From: an archaeon | GTDB lineage: Archaea; Nanobdellota; Nanobdellia; SCGC-AAA011-G17; GW2011-AR17 | Reading direction: 5' to 3' | NCBI GenBank assembly: GCA_043814545.1 | Contig: JBDRJY010000004.1 | Coordinates: forward strand, 10,788 to 74,787 | Length of the DNA: 64,000 nucleotides | Part shown: positions 8,959 to 16,937 of the stretch, piece after piece | Layout of the letters: every line of letters begins with the position of its first letter | Position numbering within the stretch: position 1 is the first letter of the stretch | Position numbers and translations under genes: made by a program | The notes under the pieces: model-generated | Databases searched by the model: none | Told to the model about the DNA's origin: nothing | What the model saw: only the letters and a program-made list of their open reading frames with translations

Positions 8959-9551
8959 AAATGGAAAAAATGCTAGAACTTCGGAATAAGAAAAAGGCGC
9001 AAAAACCTAATTTTATTAGACAGTGCGCTAACAAGATTGTGAGATTGCCAGAGGGTTGGCGTCAACCTAAAGGTATGCATTCCAAAACGCGTAGGAAACT
9101 AGCATCACGTAAAAAACATCCGTCTATGGGCTACTCTTCACCTAGAAAAGTACGCGGTTTACATCGTAAAGGTTTACAAATGGTAACAGTTGTAAAAATT
9201 TCCGACCTAAAAGATATTGATGTTAAAACTCAAGGTATTATTTTACAGGCAGTCGGCCAAAAACGTAAACTTGAACTGATTAAGAAAGCATTAGAACTAA
9301 AAATCACGATACTTAACATTCCAAAACCAGAACAATTTATTCAAGATGTTAAGGTTAAGATTGAATCTAAGAAAAAACAAGATCAAGAGAAAAAGGAAAA
9401 GAAAAAAGAATCTCGTGCAAAAGCTGAGAAGAAAGCTCAAGAAAAAGAAAAAGAAGAGCAAGAAACTGTTGAACAAACTCCTGAAGAGATTAAAGAGACT
9501 AAGAGAGAAGCTGAACGTGAGAAAGTTAAACTCTTGGAGGCCGGAGAATGA
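8955..9551 (+). CDS. rpl32e: Large-subunit ribosomal protein eL32 with long K/E-rich tail
   Basis: KPNFIRQCANKIVRLPEGWRQPKGMHSKTRRK core. Start ambiguous (GTG 8955, ATG 8961 or ATG 8970). About 70 aa of acidic/basic low-complexity tail. Confidence 0.9.
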   Translation: MKMEKMLELRNKKKAQKPNFIRQCANKIVRLPEGWRQPKGMHSKTRRKLASRKKHPSMGYSSPRKVRGLHRKGLQMVTVVKISDLKDIDVKTQGIILQAVGQKRKLELIKKALELKITILNIPKPEQFIQDVKVKIESKKKQDQEKKEKKKESRAKAEKKAQEKEKEEQETVEQTPEEIKETKREAEREKVKLLEAGE

Positions 9552-10009
9552 AAAGCTTAACTAGCCAAAAACGAATTAGCGCTCAAATTTTAAAAATTGG
9601 CGTTACAAGAGTATGGTTTGATCCAGATAGATTGGAAGAGGTTAAGGAAGCTATCACAAAGGCAGACATTCGACGTTTGATTAATGATTATGCAATCCAG
9701 GAAAAACCAATGACTGGCACTTCAAGAGGCCATGCTAGAAAACGTTTAATTCAAAGAAGGAAAGGTCGGCAGAAGGGTCCTGGTACAAAGAAAGGTACGC
9801 ATAAGGCAAGATTACCAAAGAAACGTGTATGGATAGTAAAAATGCGTGGGCAAAGAGGTTTGGTTAAAGAATTTAGAGAAAAAAGTTTAATCGATACTCC
9901 TACATTCAAAGAAGTTTATGCAAAAATCAAGGGAGGTTTTTTCCGAAGTCGACGACATATTAAATTATACTTGACTGAAAGGAATATGTTTCAAAAACCT
10001 AAAAAATGA
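9548..10009 (+). CDS. rpl19e: Large-subunit ribosomal protein eL19
   Basis: [26 protein letters not shown] and [10 protein letters not shown] motifs. Confidence 0.93.
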   Translation: MKSLTSQKRISAQILKIGVTRVWFDPDRLEEVKEAITKADIRRLINDYAIQEKPMTGTSRGHARKRLIQRRKGRQKGPGTKKGTHKARLPKKRVWIVKMRGQRGLVKEFREKSLIDTPTFKEVYAKIKGGFFRSRRHIKLYLTERNMFQKPKK

Positions 10010-10581
10010 TACGAAGAAAACATGTAGCATTCCGTAGAAAACGGGAACAAAAAACCGATTACAAGAAAAGGTTAAGTTTGGTTAAATCAGGTTTACTTAG
10101 ATTAGTTGTACGTAAATCATTAAACAACTTAAACTTACAAATTGTAGAATATAATCCGAAAGGTGACAAAGTTTTAGTTTGCGCTAATTCAAGAGAACTT
10201 ATCAAGTTAGGTTACAAAGGTAATAGGGGTAATTTACCTGCGGCTTATTTGTTAGGATTATTGTTGGCAAAGAAAGCTAAGAATGCTAAGATTAAGAAAG
10301 CGATATTTGACATTGGCCTTTATGCTAAAGTTAAAGGAAATTTATTGTTTGCTGCTTTGAAAGGTGCTGTTGACAATGGATTAGACGTTGCACATAATGA
10401 AGATATTTTCCCGTCGGAAGAGAGGTTATCTGGGGAACACATTGCAAACTATGCTAAACATTTAGAATCAAACAAAGAAAAGTATGATAAACAGTTTAGC
10501 GTTTATTTGAAACAAGGTTTAAAACCGCAAGATTTAAAAAAGCATGTTGAAGAAATCAAAGCTAAGATAATTAAGGAGTAA
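10006..10581 (+). CDS. rpl18: Large-subunit ribosomal protein uL18
   Basis: [34 protein letters not shown]-terminus, typical of archaeal L18/L5e. Confidence 0.93.
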   Translation: MIRRKHVAFRRKREQKTDYKKRLSLVKSGLLRLVVRKSLNNLNLQIVEYNPKGDKVLVCANSRELIKLGYKGNRGNLPAAYLLGLLLAKKAKNAKIKKAIFDIGLYAKVKGNLLFAALKGAVDNGLDVAHNEDIFPSEERLSGEHIANYAKHLESNKEKYDKQFSVYLKQGLKPQDLKKHVEEIKAKIIKE

Positions 10582-10583
10582 AT

Positions 10584-11345
10584 ATGAAAAAGATTCAAAA
10601 AAGTAAACGAGATAAGAATGTTGAAAGTGGTATTCGCCGTATCAAGACTTTCGATATTGAAGCTTGGAAACCTAAGACCGAATTAGGTAAAAAGGTTAAG
10701 TCAGGCGAAATCACTGATATTGATCAAATTTTAAATCAAGGTTTAAAAATTTTGGAACCAGAAATCGTTGATGCTTTACTCCCAGGATTAGAAACAGACT
10801 TGTTAATGATTGGCCAGTCTAAAGGTAAATTTGGTGGTGGTAAACGTACCATTTGGCGCCAGACCCAAAAGAAAACTAAGGAAGGTAACAAAGCTTCATT
10901 CGCAACAATGGCTGTTGCTGGTAACAAGGACGGTTACGTAGGCGTTGGCATGGGCAAGGCAAAAGAAACTGTTCCTGCACGTGAAAAAGCTACGCGACGA
11001 GCTAAACTTAACATAATCAAGATCAAGAGAGGTTGCGGTTCATGGGCATGCGGTTGCGCAGAACCACACTCAATTCCGTTTGCAGTAAAAGGCAAATGTG
11101 GTTCAGTTAAAATGCAGCTTATGACTGCAGCTAAAGGTACAGGTTTATGTATTGAACCTGAATGTGGTAAATTGTTAGCATTGGCAGGCGTTAAAGATGT
11201 ATATTCTAAGAGCATCGGTCAAACCAAAACAAAGATAAACCACGTCAAAGCATGCTTTGAAGCATTGAAACAGTTCGCTGAAATTAAAATGCCTGAAACA
11301 TACAAGAAAAAATGCGGACTTGTCGAAGGTAAAATCAAAAAATGA
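10584..11345 (+). CDS. rps5: Small-subunit ribosomal protein uS5
   Basis: FATMAVAGNKDGYVGVGMGKAKETVPAREKA and GSVKMQLMTAAKGTGL motifs. Confidence 0.95.
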   Translation: MKKIQKSKRDKNVESGIRRIKTFDIEAWKPKTELGKKVKSGEITDIDQILNQGLKILEPEIVDALLPGLETDLLMIGQSKGKFGGGKRTIWRQTQKKTKEGNKASFATMAVAGNKDGYVGVGMGKAKETVPAREKATRRAKLNIIKIKRGCGSWACGCAEPHSIPFAVKGKCGSVKMQLMTAAKGTGLCIEPECGKLLALAGVKDVYSKSIGQTKTKINHVKACFEALKQFAEIKMPETYKKKCGLVEGKIKK

Positions 11346-11812
11346 AACAAATAGCTATCATACGGATCCGTGGAAAGGTAGGATTACACAAGGAAGTAAA
11401 AGATACTTTAAACATGCTTCGTTTATACAGGCAAAACCAGTGTGTAGTAGTTCCATCTAATCCGTCTTATGTTGGTATGATTACTAAGGTTAAAGATTAT
11501 GTTACTTGGGGTGAGGTTAACGAAGAAACTTTGATTCTTTTACTACAAAAACGCGGTCGGTTAGCTGCAAAAAAACAGTTGACTGACGACTATGTTAAAA
11601 ATAAAGTTAAGTTAGACATAACTTCGTTCGCTAAGGAAGTTTTCGGAATGAAAAAACAGTTGAGAGATGTTCCTGGTTTAAAACCTTTCTTCAAGTTACA
11701 TCCGCCTATTGGTGGTTATGAAAGAAAAGGTATTAAGAAACCGTTTAGTTTAGGTGGCGTTTTAGGTTACAGGAAAGACAAGATCAACGACCTTATCAAA
11801 CGGATGGTATAA
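11342..11812 (+). CDS. rpl30: Large-subunit ribosomal protein uL30
   Basis: IAIIRIRGKVGLHKEVKDTLNMLRL start. Operon position. Confidence 0.93.
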   Translation: MKQIAIIRIRGKVGLHKEVKDTLNMLRLYRQNQCVVVPSNPSYVGMITKVKDYVTWGEVNEETLILLLQKRGRLAAKKQLTDDYVKNKVKLDITSFAKEVFGMKKQLRDVPGLKPFFKLHPPIGGYERKGIKKPFSLGGVLGYRKDKINDLIKRMV

Positions 11813-11814
11813 GA

Positions 11815-12291
11815 ATGAAACATAAACGAAGAAAATGTGGCAAACAACGTGGGTACACAACTCATGGTCATGGTTCAATGAAAAAGAACCGTGGTGCAGG
11901 TAACCGTGGCGGTCGTGGTATGGCTGGTACAGGTAAACGTGCTGACACTAAAAAACCTACAATTTTAAACACTATAGGTAACAAATACTTCGGTAAACAT
12001 GGTTTCACTTCGATTCAAAAAATTAAACATCAAATAAATGCAATCAATTTATCATTGTTACAACAAAAGTTAGACACGTTCCCTAAACAAAACGGTTATA
12101 TAGAGATAAACCTTAGAGAATTAGGATACGATAAGCTGTTAGGTTCAGGCATGATTAAAGATAAAGTTAAGATTACTGTTAATTCAGCTTCACAAAATGC
12201 AGTTGAAAAAGTTAAGAAAGCTGGCGGCGAAGTTATTTTACCAGAAGTTCAAGAAGAGTTCGAGCCTGAAGCCGAAGGCAAAGAACAATAA
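11815..12291 (+). CDS. rpl15: Large-subunit ribosomal protein uL15
   Basis: RGAGNRGGRGMAGTGKRA glycine-rich motif. Precedes secY. Confidence 0.93.
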   Translation: MKHKRRKCGKQRGYTTHGHGSMKKNRGAGNRGGRGMAGTGKRADTKKPTILNTIGNKYFGKHGFTSIQKIKHQINAINLSLLQQKLDTFPKQNGYIEINLRELGYDKLLGSGMIKDKVKITVNSASQNAVEKVKKAGGEVILPEVQEEFEPEAEGKEQ

Positions 12292-12306
12292 TAAGAGGCG
12301 TTTGCT

Positions 12307-13707
12307 TTGAGTTTTTTCAAAAAAATATTATCAAATTTACCAGAGGTCCAAGGTCCAACACAAAAACGTTTATCGTTTAAACAAAAAGTTAAATGGACTT
12401 TAATAATTCTTGTAGCCTTTTTCGGTTTAGGTTTAATTCCATTATATGGTTTAGGCGCAAACGAATTGGCACAGTTTGAATATTTATCTATCATTTTAGG
12501 TGCACAGTTTGGTTCGTTGTTATCGTTAGGTATTGGTCCATTAGTAACAGCATCTATTGTATTACAATTGTTAAACGGTTCAGGTTTAATCAATTTTGAT
12601 TTGACAACATCCGACGGTAAACGTACTTTTCATGGTTTACAAAAAATTTTGGGAATTTTTTTCGTAATTTTTGAAGCTATAATTTATGTTATGATGGGCG
12701 GTCTAGCACCAGCACCTGGATTAGAGAGTAGCACTTTCTTTGTGGTACAATTAGCATTGATAGGCCAGTTAATATTAGGTGGTATAATCATTATGGGTAT
12801 GGCTGAGATAGTAGACAAATGGGGCTTTGGCCAAGGTATAAGTATTTTCATTGCAGCAGGAGTATCGTCTCAGATTATTATTAGAGCATTCAGTCCGTTA
12901 ACCAGTACAGGGTTATTGGCTTTTGGCTCGTCCCAACCAGCTATAGGTACTATTTGGGTACTGTTCGCATCTTTAATGAACGGCGACACGATAGGTGCGT
13001 CAATAGCATTATCAACTATCATTGGAACGATTATAGTTTTTGTAATGGCGGTGTATGCCCAGGCTATGAAAGTTGAAATTCCGTTATCGTTTGGTAGGAT
13101 TAGGGGTCATGGAATACGATGGCCGTTAAATTTCCTTTACACGTCTAACATTCCGGTTATTTTAGTAGCTGCTTTAATGGCAAATGTTCAGTTATGGGCA
13201 CGACTTTTACAGAACTGGGGTTTTCCTATATTAGGTACTTTTGCAGGCGGTCAACCAGTTTCAGGTTTCGTTGTATGGATGTTTTCGCCGAATTTAGTTG
13301 AACGTGTTATTACTGGCGCTTTCGTCCCACAAGATATTTTGCAAGCTTTTGTTTATGTTTTGTTTTTCGTTGTAGGTTCAGTTATATTTTCATTTTTCTG
13401 GGTTCAGACATCTGGTATGGATGCTAAGAGCCAAGCTAAACAGATCATGTCTTCAGGTTTACAGATTCCCGGTTTTAGAAGGGATCAGAGAGTGTTGGAG
13501 AGTATTCTTAATAGGTATATTATGCCGTTGACTGTAATGGGTGGTGCTCTTGTTGGTATTTTGGCAGCTAGTGCAGATTTGTTAGGCGCATTATCACGTG
13601 GTACAGGTATTTTATTAGCCGTTATGATTATTTACAAGTTGTATGAAGAGATAGCTAAACAACACATGATGGACATGCATCCAGCGATGAGAAAGTTTAT
13701 GGAATAA
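12307..13707 (+). CDS. secY: Preprotein translocase subunit SecY
   Basis: 466 aa polytopic membrane protein following uL15. GIGPLVTASIVLQLL and SSGLQIPGFR motifs. TTG start at 12307. Confidence 0.95.
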   Translation: MSFFKKILSNLPEVQGPTQKRLSFKQKVKWTLIILVAFFGLGLIPLYGLGANELAQFEYLSIILGAQFGSLLSLGIGPLVTASIVLQLLNGSGLINFDLTTSDGKRTFHGLQKILGIFFVIFEAIIYVMMGGLAPAPGLESSTFFVVQLALIGQLILGGIIIMGMAEIVDKWGFGQGISIFIAAGVSSQIIIRAFSPLTSTGLLAFGSSQPAIGTIWVLFASLMNGDTIGASIALSTIIGTIIVFVMAVYAQAMKVEIPLSFGRIRGHGIRWPLNFLYTSNIPVILVAALMANVQLWARLLQNWGFPILGTFAGGQPVSGFVVWMFSPNLVERVITGAFVPQDILQAFVYVLFFVVGSVIFSFFWVQTSGMDAKSQAKQIMSSGLQIPGFRRDQRVLESILNRYIMPLTVMGGALVGILAASADLLGALSRGTGILLAVMIIYKLYEEIAKQHMMDMHPAMRKFME

Positions 13708-13724
13708 TTAATTCTTATAGATAA

Positions 13725-13734
13725 CTTTTTATAC
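13725..13734 (+). promoter_or_regulatory. TATA-like box for the DUF106 gene
   Basis: CTTTTTATAC ends 21 nt before the ATG at 13756. Same box-to-ATG spacing as other genes in the window. Confidence 0.35.
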
Positions 13735-13755
13735 CTTTAAACATTCTTTTGTTTT

Positions 13756-14205
13756 ATGGTTTTAGACTCTTTTTTCAATGCAACATTAGGCCCATTATTA
13801 GGCTTACCCAACCCTTGGGGTTTGTTAATACTTTGTGCAATTCTTTCTATTTTCATGACAGTTGTATACAAGTACGCAACTGATCAAGAACTGATGAAAA
13901 CTTTAAAGGAAGATATGAAAGCTATGCAGAAGGAAATGAAAAGTTTGAAAAACGATCCTAAGAAAATGATGGAAGTTCAAAAGAAAACCATGGAAAAGAA
14001 CATGAAATATATGATGCAATCGTTCAAACCTATGTTGATTACATTCATTCCGTTTATTTTAATCTTCCCTTGGTTGAGAACATATTATATAGACTACGGC
14101 CCAGTGTTATCTATTTTTGGTCTTAATTTAAACTGGTTCTGGACATATTTCTTATTTACAATGGTACTTAGTATAGCATTAAGAAAAATTCTGAAAGTTC
14201 ATTGA
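13756..14205 (+). CDS. DUF106 family membrane protein (archaeal YidC/Oxa1/EMC3-like insertase)
   Basis: Three-TM layout with a charged coiled-coil loop (KTLKEDMKAMQKEMKSLKNDPKKMMEVQKKTMEKNMKYMMQSFKP). Conserved position downstream of secY in archaea. Confidence 0.75.
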   Translation: MVLDSFFNATLGPLLGLPNPWGLLILCAILSIFMTVVYKYATDQELMKTLKEDMKAMQKEMKSLKNDPKKMMEVQKKTMEKNMKYMMQSFKPMLITFIPFILIFPWLRTYYIDYGPVLSIFGLNLNWFWTYFLFTMVLSIALRKILKVH

Positions 14206-14208
14206 GGT

Positions 14209-14236
14209 TTTTGCCTTCGGCTTAATACAAAGTTTT
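14209..14236 (+). repeat. Imperfect direct repeat, left copy (flanks the PIN cassette)
   Basis: TTTTGCCTTCGGCTTAATACAAAGTTTT matches 14991-15018 at 24 of 28 positions, including the exact 13-mer GGCTTAATACAAA. Confidence 0.4.
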
Positions 14237-14311
14237 ATTTTAATATCTTCGGAAAAATACAACTAATTCTTTACTTAACTTCTTAAAACCTAAATCTTCA
14301 AAAGTTATTTT

Positions 14312-14818
14312 ATGCTAAGAGTAATCTTCGACACAAACATTTATGGATTGTTAATTAAAGAAAAAGATCTTTATTCAATTCAAAAAAAGATTTGTGCTGA
14401 TAAAGAATTTATTATTTATGGTTATAAACCAATAAGAAAAGAATTAAGAAACACTAATAAAATAAAAAGACAAGGTAAATTAAAAACACGTAATCTCTTA
14501 CTTAATTTATATGATGAACTAACAAAAGGATGTTACAGTAAAGATTCTATTAATATCCATAATCTTGCTTTTAAATTTTACAAATTATATCGTGTTTACG
14601 GTGGGATTTGTAATTGGAACAAAAGCAATATTAATATCGATTTTATGATAGTCGCATATGCTTGTTTTTATAAACTATATATTATCATTTCAAACGATGC
14701 AAAAACATTACTAAACAAAAATGCACAAAAAGCTTATCGACAAATTTGTTTAGAAGAAAATTTACGTTTACCAAATTTTTGGACCTATTCAGAATTAAAA
14801 AATAAGTATGATTTTTAA
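14312..14818 (+). CDS. PIN-domain-like protein (VapC-type toxin or nuclease candidate)
   Basis: N-terminal VIFDTNIY and C-terminal IIISNDAK acidic motifs fit the PIN pattern. No upstream antitoxin ORF. Assignment is by motif only. Confidence 0.55.
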   Translation: MLRVIFDTNIYGLLIKEKDLYSIQKKICADKEFIIYGYKPIRKELRNTNKIKRQGKLKTRNLLLNLYDELTKGCYSKDSINIHNLAFKFYKLYRVYGGICNWNKSNINIDFMIVAYACFYKLYIIISNDAKTLLNKNAQKAYRQICLEENLRLPNFWTYSELKNKYDF

Positions 14819-14928
14819 CTAGTTGTAGCCTTGATAAATTCATTAATTTCTTTTATGAATTCAGGGTCTTTCTGGGCTTCTTCAATAGCCTTAAACAATG
14901 CTTTCCCCTTTAATTTTTTATATGCCAT
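14815..14928 (-). CDS. 37-aa small ORF convergent with the PIN gene
   Basis: My translation is MAYKKLKGKALFKAIEEAQKDPEFIKEINEFIKATTS. Its stop overlaps the PIN stop codon region. It is below the ORF-track length cutoff and coding status is unproven. Confidence 0.25.
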   Translation of the reverse strand: MAYKKLKGKALFKAIEEAQKDPEFIKEINEFIKATTS

Positions 14929-14990
14929 AATATTAAATGATGAGAATCAATTTAAATAATTTTCGGTACAATTTTTGTAAGATTTTCTGA

Positions 14991-15018
14991 TTTTGCATTT
15001 GGCTTAATACAAAATATT
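14991..15018 (+). repeat. Imperfect direct repeat, right copy
   Basis: TTTTGCATTTGGCTTAATACAAAATATT, 24/28 identical to 14209-14236. Abuts the 3' end of the ASCH-like pseudogene. Confidence 0.4.
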
Positions 15019-15022
15019 GTAA

Positions 15023-15283
15023 TTATTTCCATTCTATAATATACATTCCATGCTCTTCCAATTCTTCTTGTGACCAATATCTTGTTGGACTTTTGTGTTT
15101 AGTTACTTGTCTTACAGTTCTTGTATATTCTCGGCCTATATATTGTTTAGTTTTTGGATCCCATTCACGAAATCTTATTTAATCTCCTTCTTTAAGATTA
15201 AAATCCGCCAATTTAAAATCAATTGGCGTATTTCTATCAGAGTCAAAATAATCTGCCCATAACTTCTTTTCTATTATTTTCAT
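15023..15283 (-). pseudogene. ASCH/DUF3850-like (PUA-fold) gene interrupted by one in-frame TAA
   Basis: Reverse-strand translation gives MKIIEKKLWADYFDSDRNTPIDFKLADFNLKEGD, then a stop, then IRFREWDPKTKQYIGREYTRTVRQVTKHKSPTRYWSQEELEEHGMYIIEWK. The stop codon lies at 15179-15181. TTA (Leu) at that codon would restore a GDLIRFREWD motif typical of ASCH/DUF3850 proteins. Confidence 0.45.
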
Positions 15284-15327
15284 AAAATATACCATTCATT
15301 AATTGTTTAAAAATATTTGGGACAACT

Positions 15328-15603
15328 CTACAACCCAAAACTATCAGTAAACTCTTTAATTTGTTTATAGTTTGCTAAGAATAGAAGACCTTTATCAGTG
15401 ATTTGAAATGTTTTATTACTTTTTTTATCTGTTTTTTCATTAATCATTTCTTTAAAAATTAAATCACCAACATACTTTTTCATACCTTCATGCGACAAGT
15501 TAGATTTATACAATAAATGTGTTGGCTTAATTTCCCCGCCCTTATCCTGAATTGCTTTCAGGATATCTTTTATGATGTCTAACTTTTCACGTCTTTCAGC
15601 CAT
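15328..15603 (-). CDS. Winged-helix DNA-binding protein (archaeal HTH_45-like)
   Basis: 91 aa. KLDIIKDILKAI....GGEIKPTHLLYKSNLSHEGMKKYVGDLIFKEMI...FQITDKGLLFL fits a wHTH pattern. 8-nt overlap with the upstream membrane gene. Confidence 0.55.
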   Translation of the reverse strand: MAERREKLDIIKDILKAIQDKGGEIKPTHLLYKSNLSHEGMKKYVGDLIFKEMINEKTDKKSNKTFQITDKGLLFLANYKQIKEFTDSFGL

Positions 15604-16246
15604 GTTTTAATACCTTCACAAACATTCCGAACAACATTAGGAATCCTAACAATTGGAACAATTCTCCTAGGATAACTAATCCTGGCATTAAGATTACACA
15701 AAGTGCAAACACTTGCCCAATCATAAGGAAATAAAACGCAGTGAACACTAGTCCTGAGTTAATTGTTTTTTTATCAGCAGCATTTTCAAAATATTTCAGT
15801 GCCAGGAAAAATAATAACAGTAATAATACTAAATGGAACTTAAGGAAATATTGGTAAGAGAAAGCTACAAACAATAGTGATACTCCAAATAATAAACCAA
15901 TGGCTTTCTTATTCCTATTTATTTTAAGCGTAATAATTAATAAGATCATATAAGCGAAAATAATTAGCAACACGTGTAAGAAAAATATAAAATCAAACTG
16001 TTGCAGTATTGCTGTAAGTTGGTTCAATACGTGCGTTAACATTGCAAACTTGCTTACTCCTGTAAGGAAATAAGCTAATGATATTAAAAAAAATGAAAAA
16101 CTGAAATAGTAATATTTTTTGTCAGTTGAAAGCTTGAAAGCTTTCAGGCTAAGCATTGCTATTAGGAAAGCTACAAACCCTAGAATGATTTCGAATCCTG
16201 ATCCAATTCCGTAGAACCATTGCGGTCCTGTTAATGATATAATCAC
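15596..16246 (-). CDS. Polytopic membrane protein, unknown function
   Basis: 216 aa with about 6-7 hydrophobic segments. Translationally coupled to the wHTH gene. Confidence 0.55.
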   Translation of the reverse strand: MIISLTGPQWFYGIGSGFEIILGFVAFLIAMLSLKAFKLSTDKKYYYFSFSFFLISLAYFLTGVSKFAMLTHVLNQLTAILQQFDFIFFLHVLLIIFAYMILLIITLKINRNKKAIGLLFGVSLLFVAFSYQYFLKFHLVLLLLLFFLALKYFENAADKKTINSGLVFTAFYFLMIGQVFALCVILMPGLVILGELFQLLGFLMLFGMFVKVLKHG

Positions 16247-16289
16247 CTTACTTTTTGGTGAGCTATGTTGTCTTTAAATAGTTTATGTT

Positions 16290-16304
16290 ATCCTTGTAGG
16301 ATAG
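16290..16304. promoter_or_regulatory. Palindrome TATCCT-TGT-AGGATA upstream of the membrane/wHTH operon
   Basis: 6-bp inverted repeat with a 3-bp spacer, 44-58 bp upstream of the start at 16246. Candidate operator for the co-transcribed wHTH protein; speculative. Confidence 0.2.
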
Positions 16305-16710
16305 AGAATTTTAATGTATTTTTGCCTCGTAAAACCCTTTTTAAGATTTATGGATTTCATATCTGTGTTAAAGTTTCTTTTTGTTTATAAAGGCATATGT
16401 CTAGTATAATCTTACCTCTCTTTACACCTCTTTTTTTTCTTTTGATTTTTGTTTACTGTCTTAAATCTTGATATCACTTTGTAAAATTCAAATTTTGCTT
16501 ATGATAAATCTCCTCAAATTAGAAAAGTTTAAATATGCAAAAGTATACACTTCCGATATCAAAATCGTCCCGTTTTTGACCTAAGGAGCACAAAAATAAA
16601 TCAAACAAAACCGTTTGGTTCAGCCAGGATTCTATTGGAGCTTAACACAATGCATAATATTTTTCTATTCAATGATTCATTTTTCATGTTTTTATCAGGA
16701 GGTGATTGTT

Positions 16711-16752
16711 ATGGCTGCCAAAAAGAAAGCACCCGTTAAGAAAAAAAAGTAA
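16711..16752 (+). CDS. 13-aa Lys-rich micro-ORF (MAAKKKAPVKKKK)
   Basis: AGGAGGTGA lies 5 nt upstream of the ATG. The ORF ends in the A8 tract (AAAAAAAAGTAA). Translation is unproven. Confidence 0.3.
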   Translation: MAAKKKAPVKKKK

Positions 16753-16765
16753 GGAGGAAGAAAAA

Positions 16766-16906
16766 ATGATAATCCGAAGAAAAAGAACAGATGACACATC
16801 ATCAAAAATTGTTGTTGAAGAAGAGGAAGAAGATGTTGAAGAATTCAACGACGAACCTGATGATTCTGACGACGATGATGCAGACGATTATGATGATTTC
16901 GATTAA
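16766..16906 (+). CDS. 46-aa extremely acidic protein
   Basis: GGAGGAAG SD then ATG. Sequence MIIRRKRTDDTSSKIVVEEEEEDVEEFNDEPDDSDDDDADDYDDFD. The ORF track extends it to a TTG at 16706, which I consider less likely. Confidence 0.45.
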   Translation: MIIRRKRTDDTSSKIVVEEEEEDVEEFNDEPDDSDDDDADDYDDFD

Positions 16907-16937
16907 TAAAAACAATTTTTTTAATTTTTTTTAATTT

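Noticed and set aside
9346-9564. 72-aa Lys/Arg-rich ORF in an alternative frame of the eL32 tail.
   Set aside because: It is a product of the AAG/AAA/GAA-rich repeat region read out of frame. It has no independent start signal.
13715-13726. Exact 12-mer TTATAGATAACT shared with 24282-24293.
   Set aside because: In a 64-kb AT-rich sequence many exact 12- to 13-mers are expected by chance. There is no extended similarity or meaningful geometry.
15179-15181. In-frame TAA in the ASCH-like gene as evidence for stop-codon reassignment.
   Set aside because: TAA terminates many well-supported genes in this window (for example rpl23, rpl2, rps19 and secY). A nonsense mutation or sequencing error is the simpler explanation.
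16706-16765. TTG-initiated N-terminal extension of the acidic ORF as given by the ORF track (MLWLPKRKHPLRKKSKEEEK...).
   Set aside because: There is no SD in front of the TTG. Strong SDs precede ATG 16711 (other frame) and ATG 16766. I kept the extension only as the frame that a slippage event could join.
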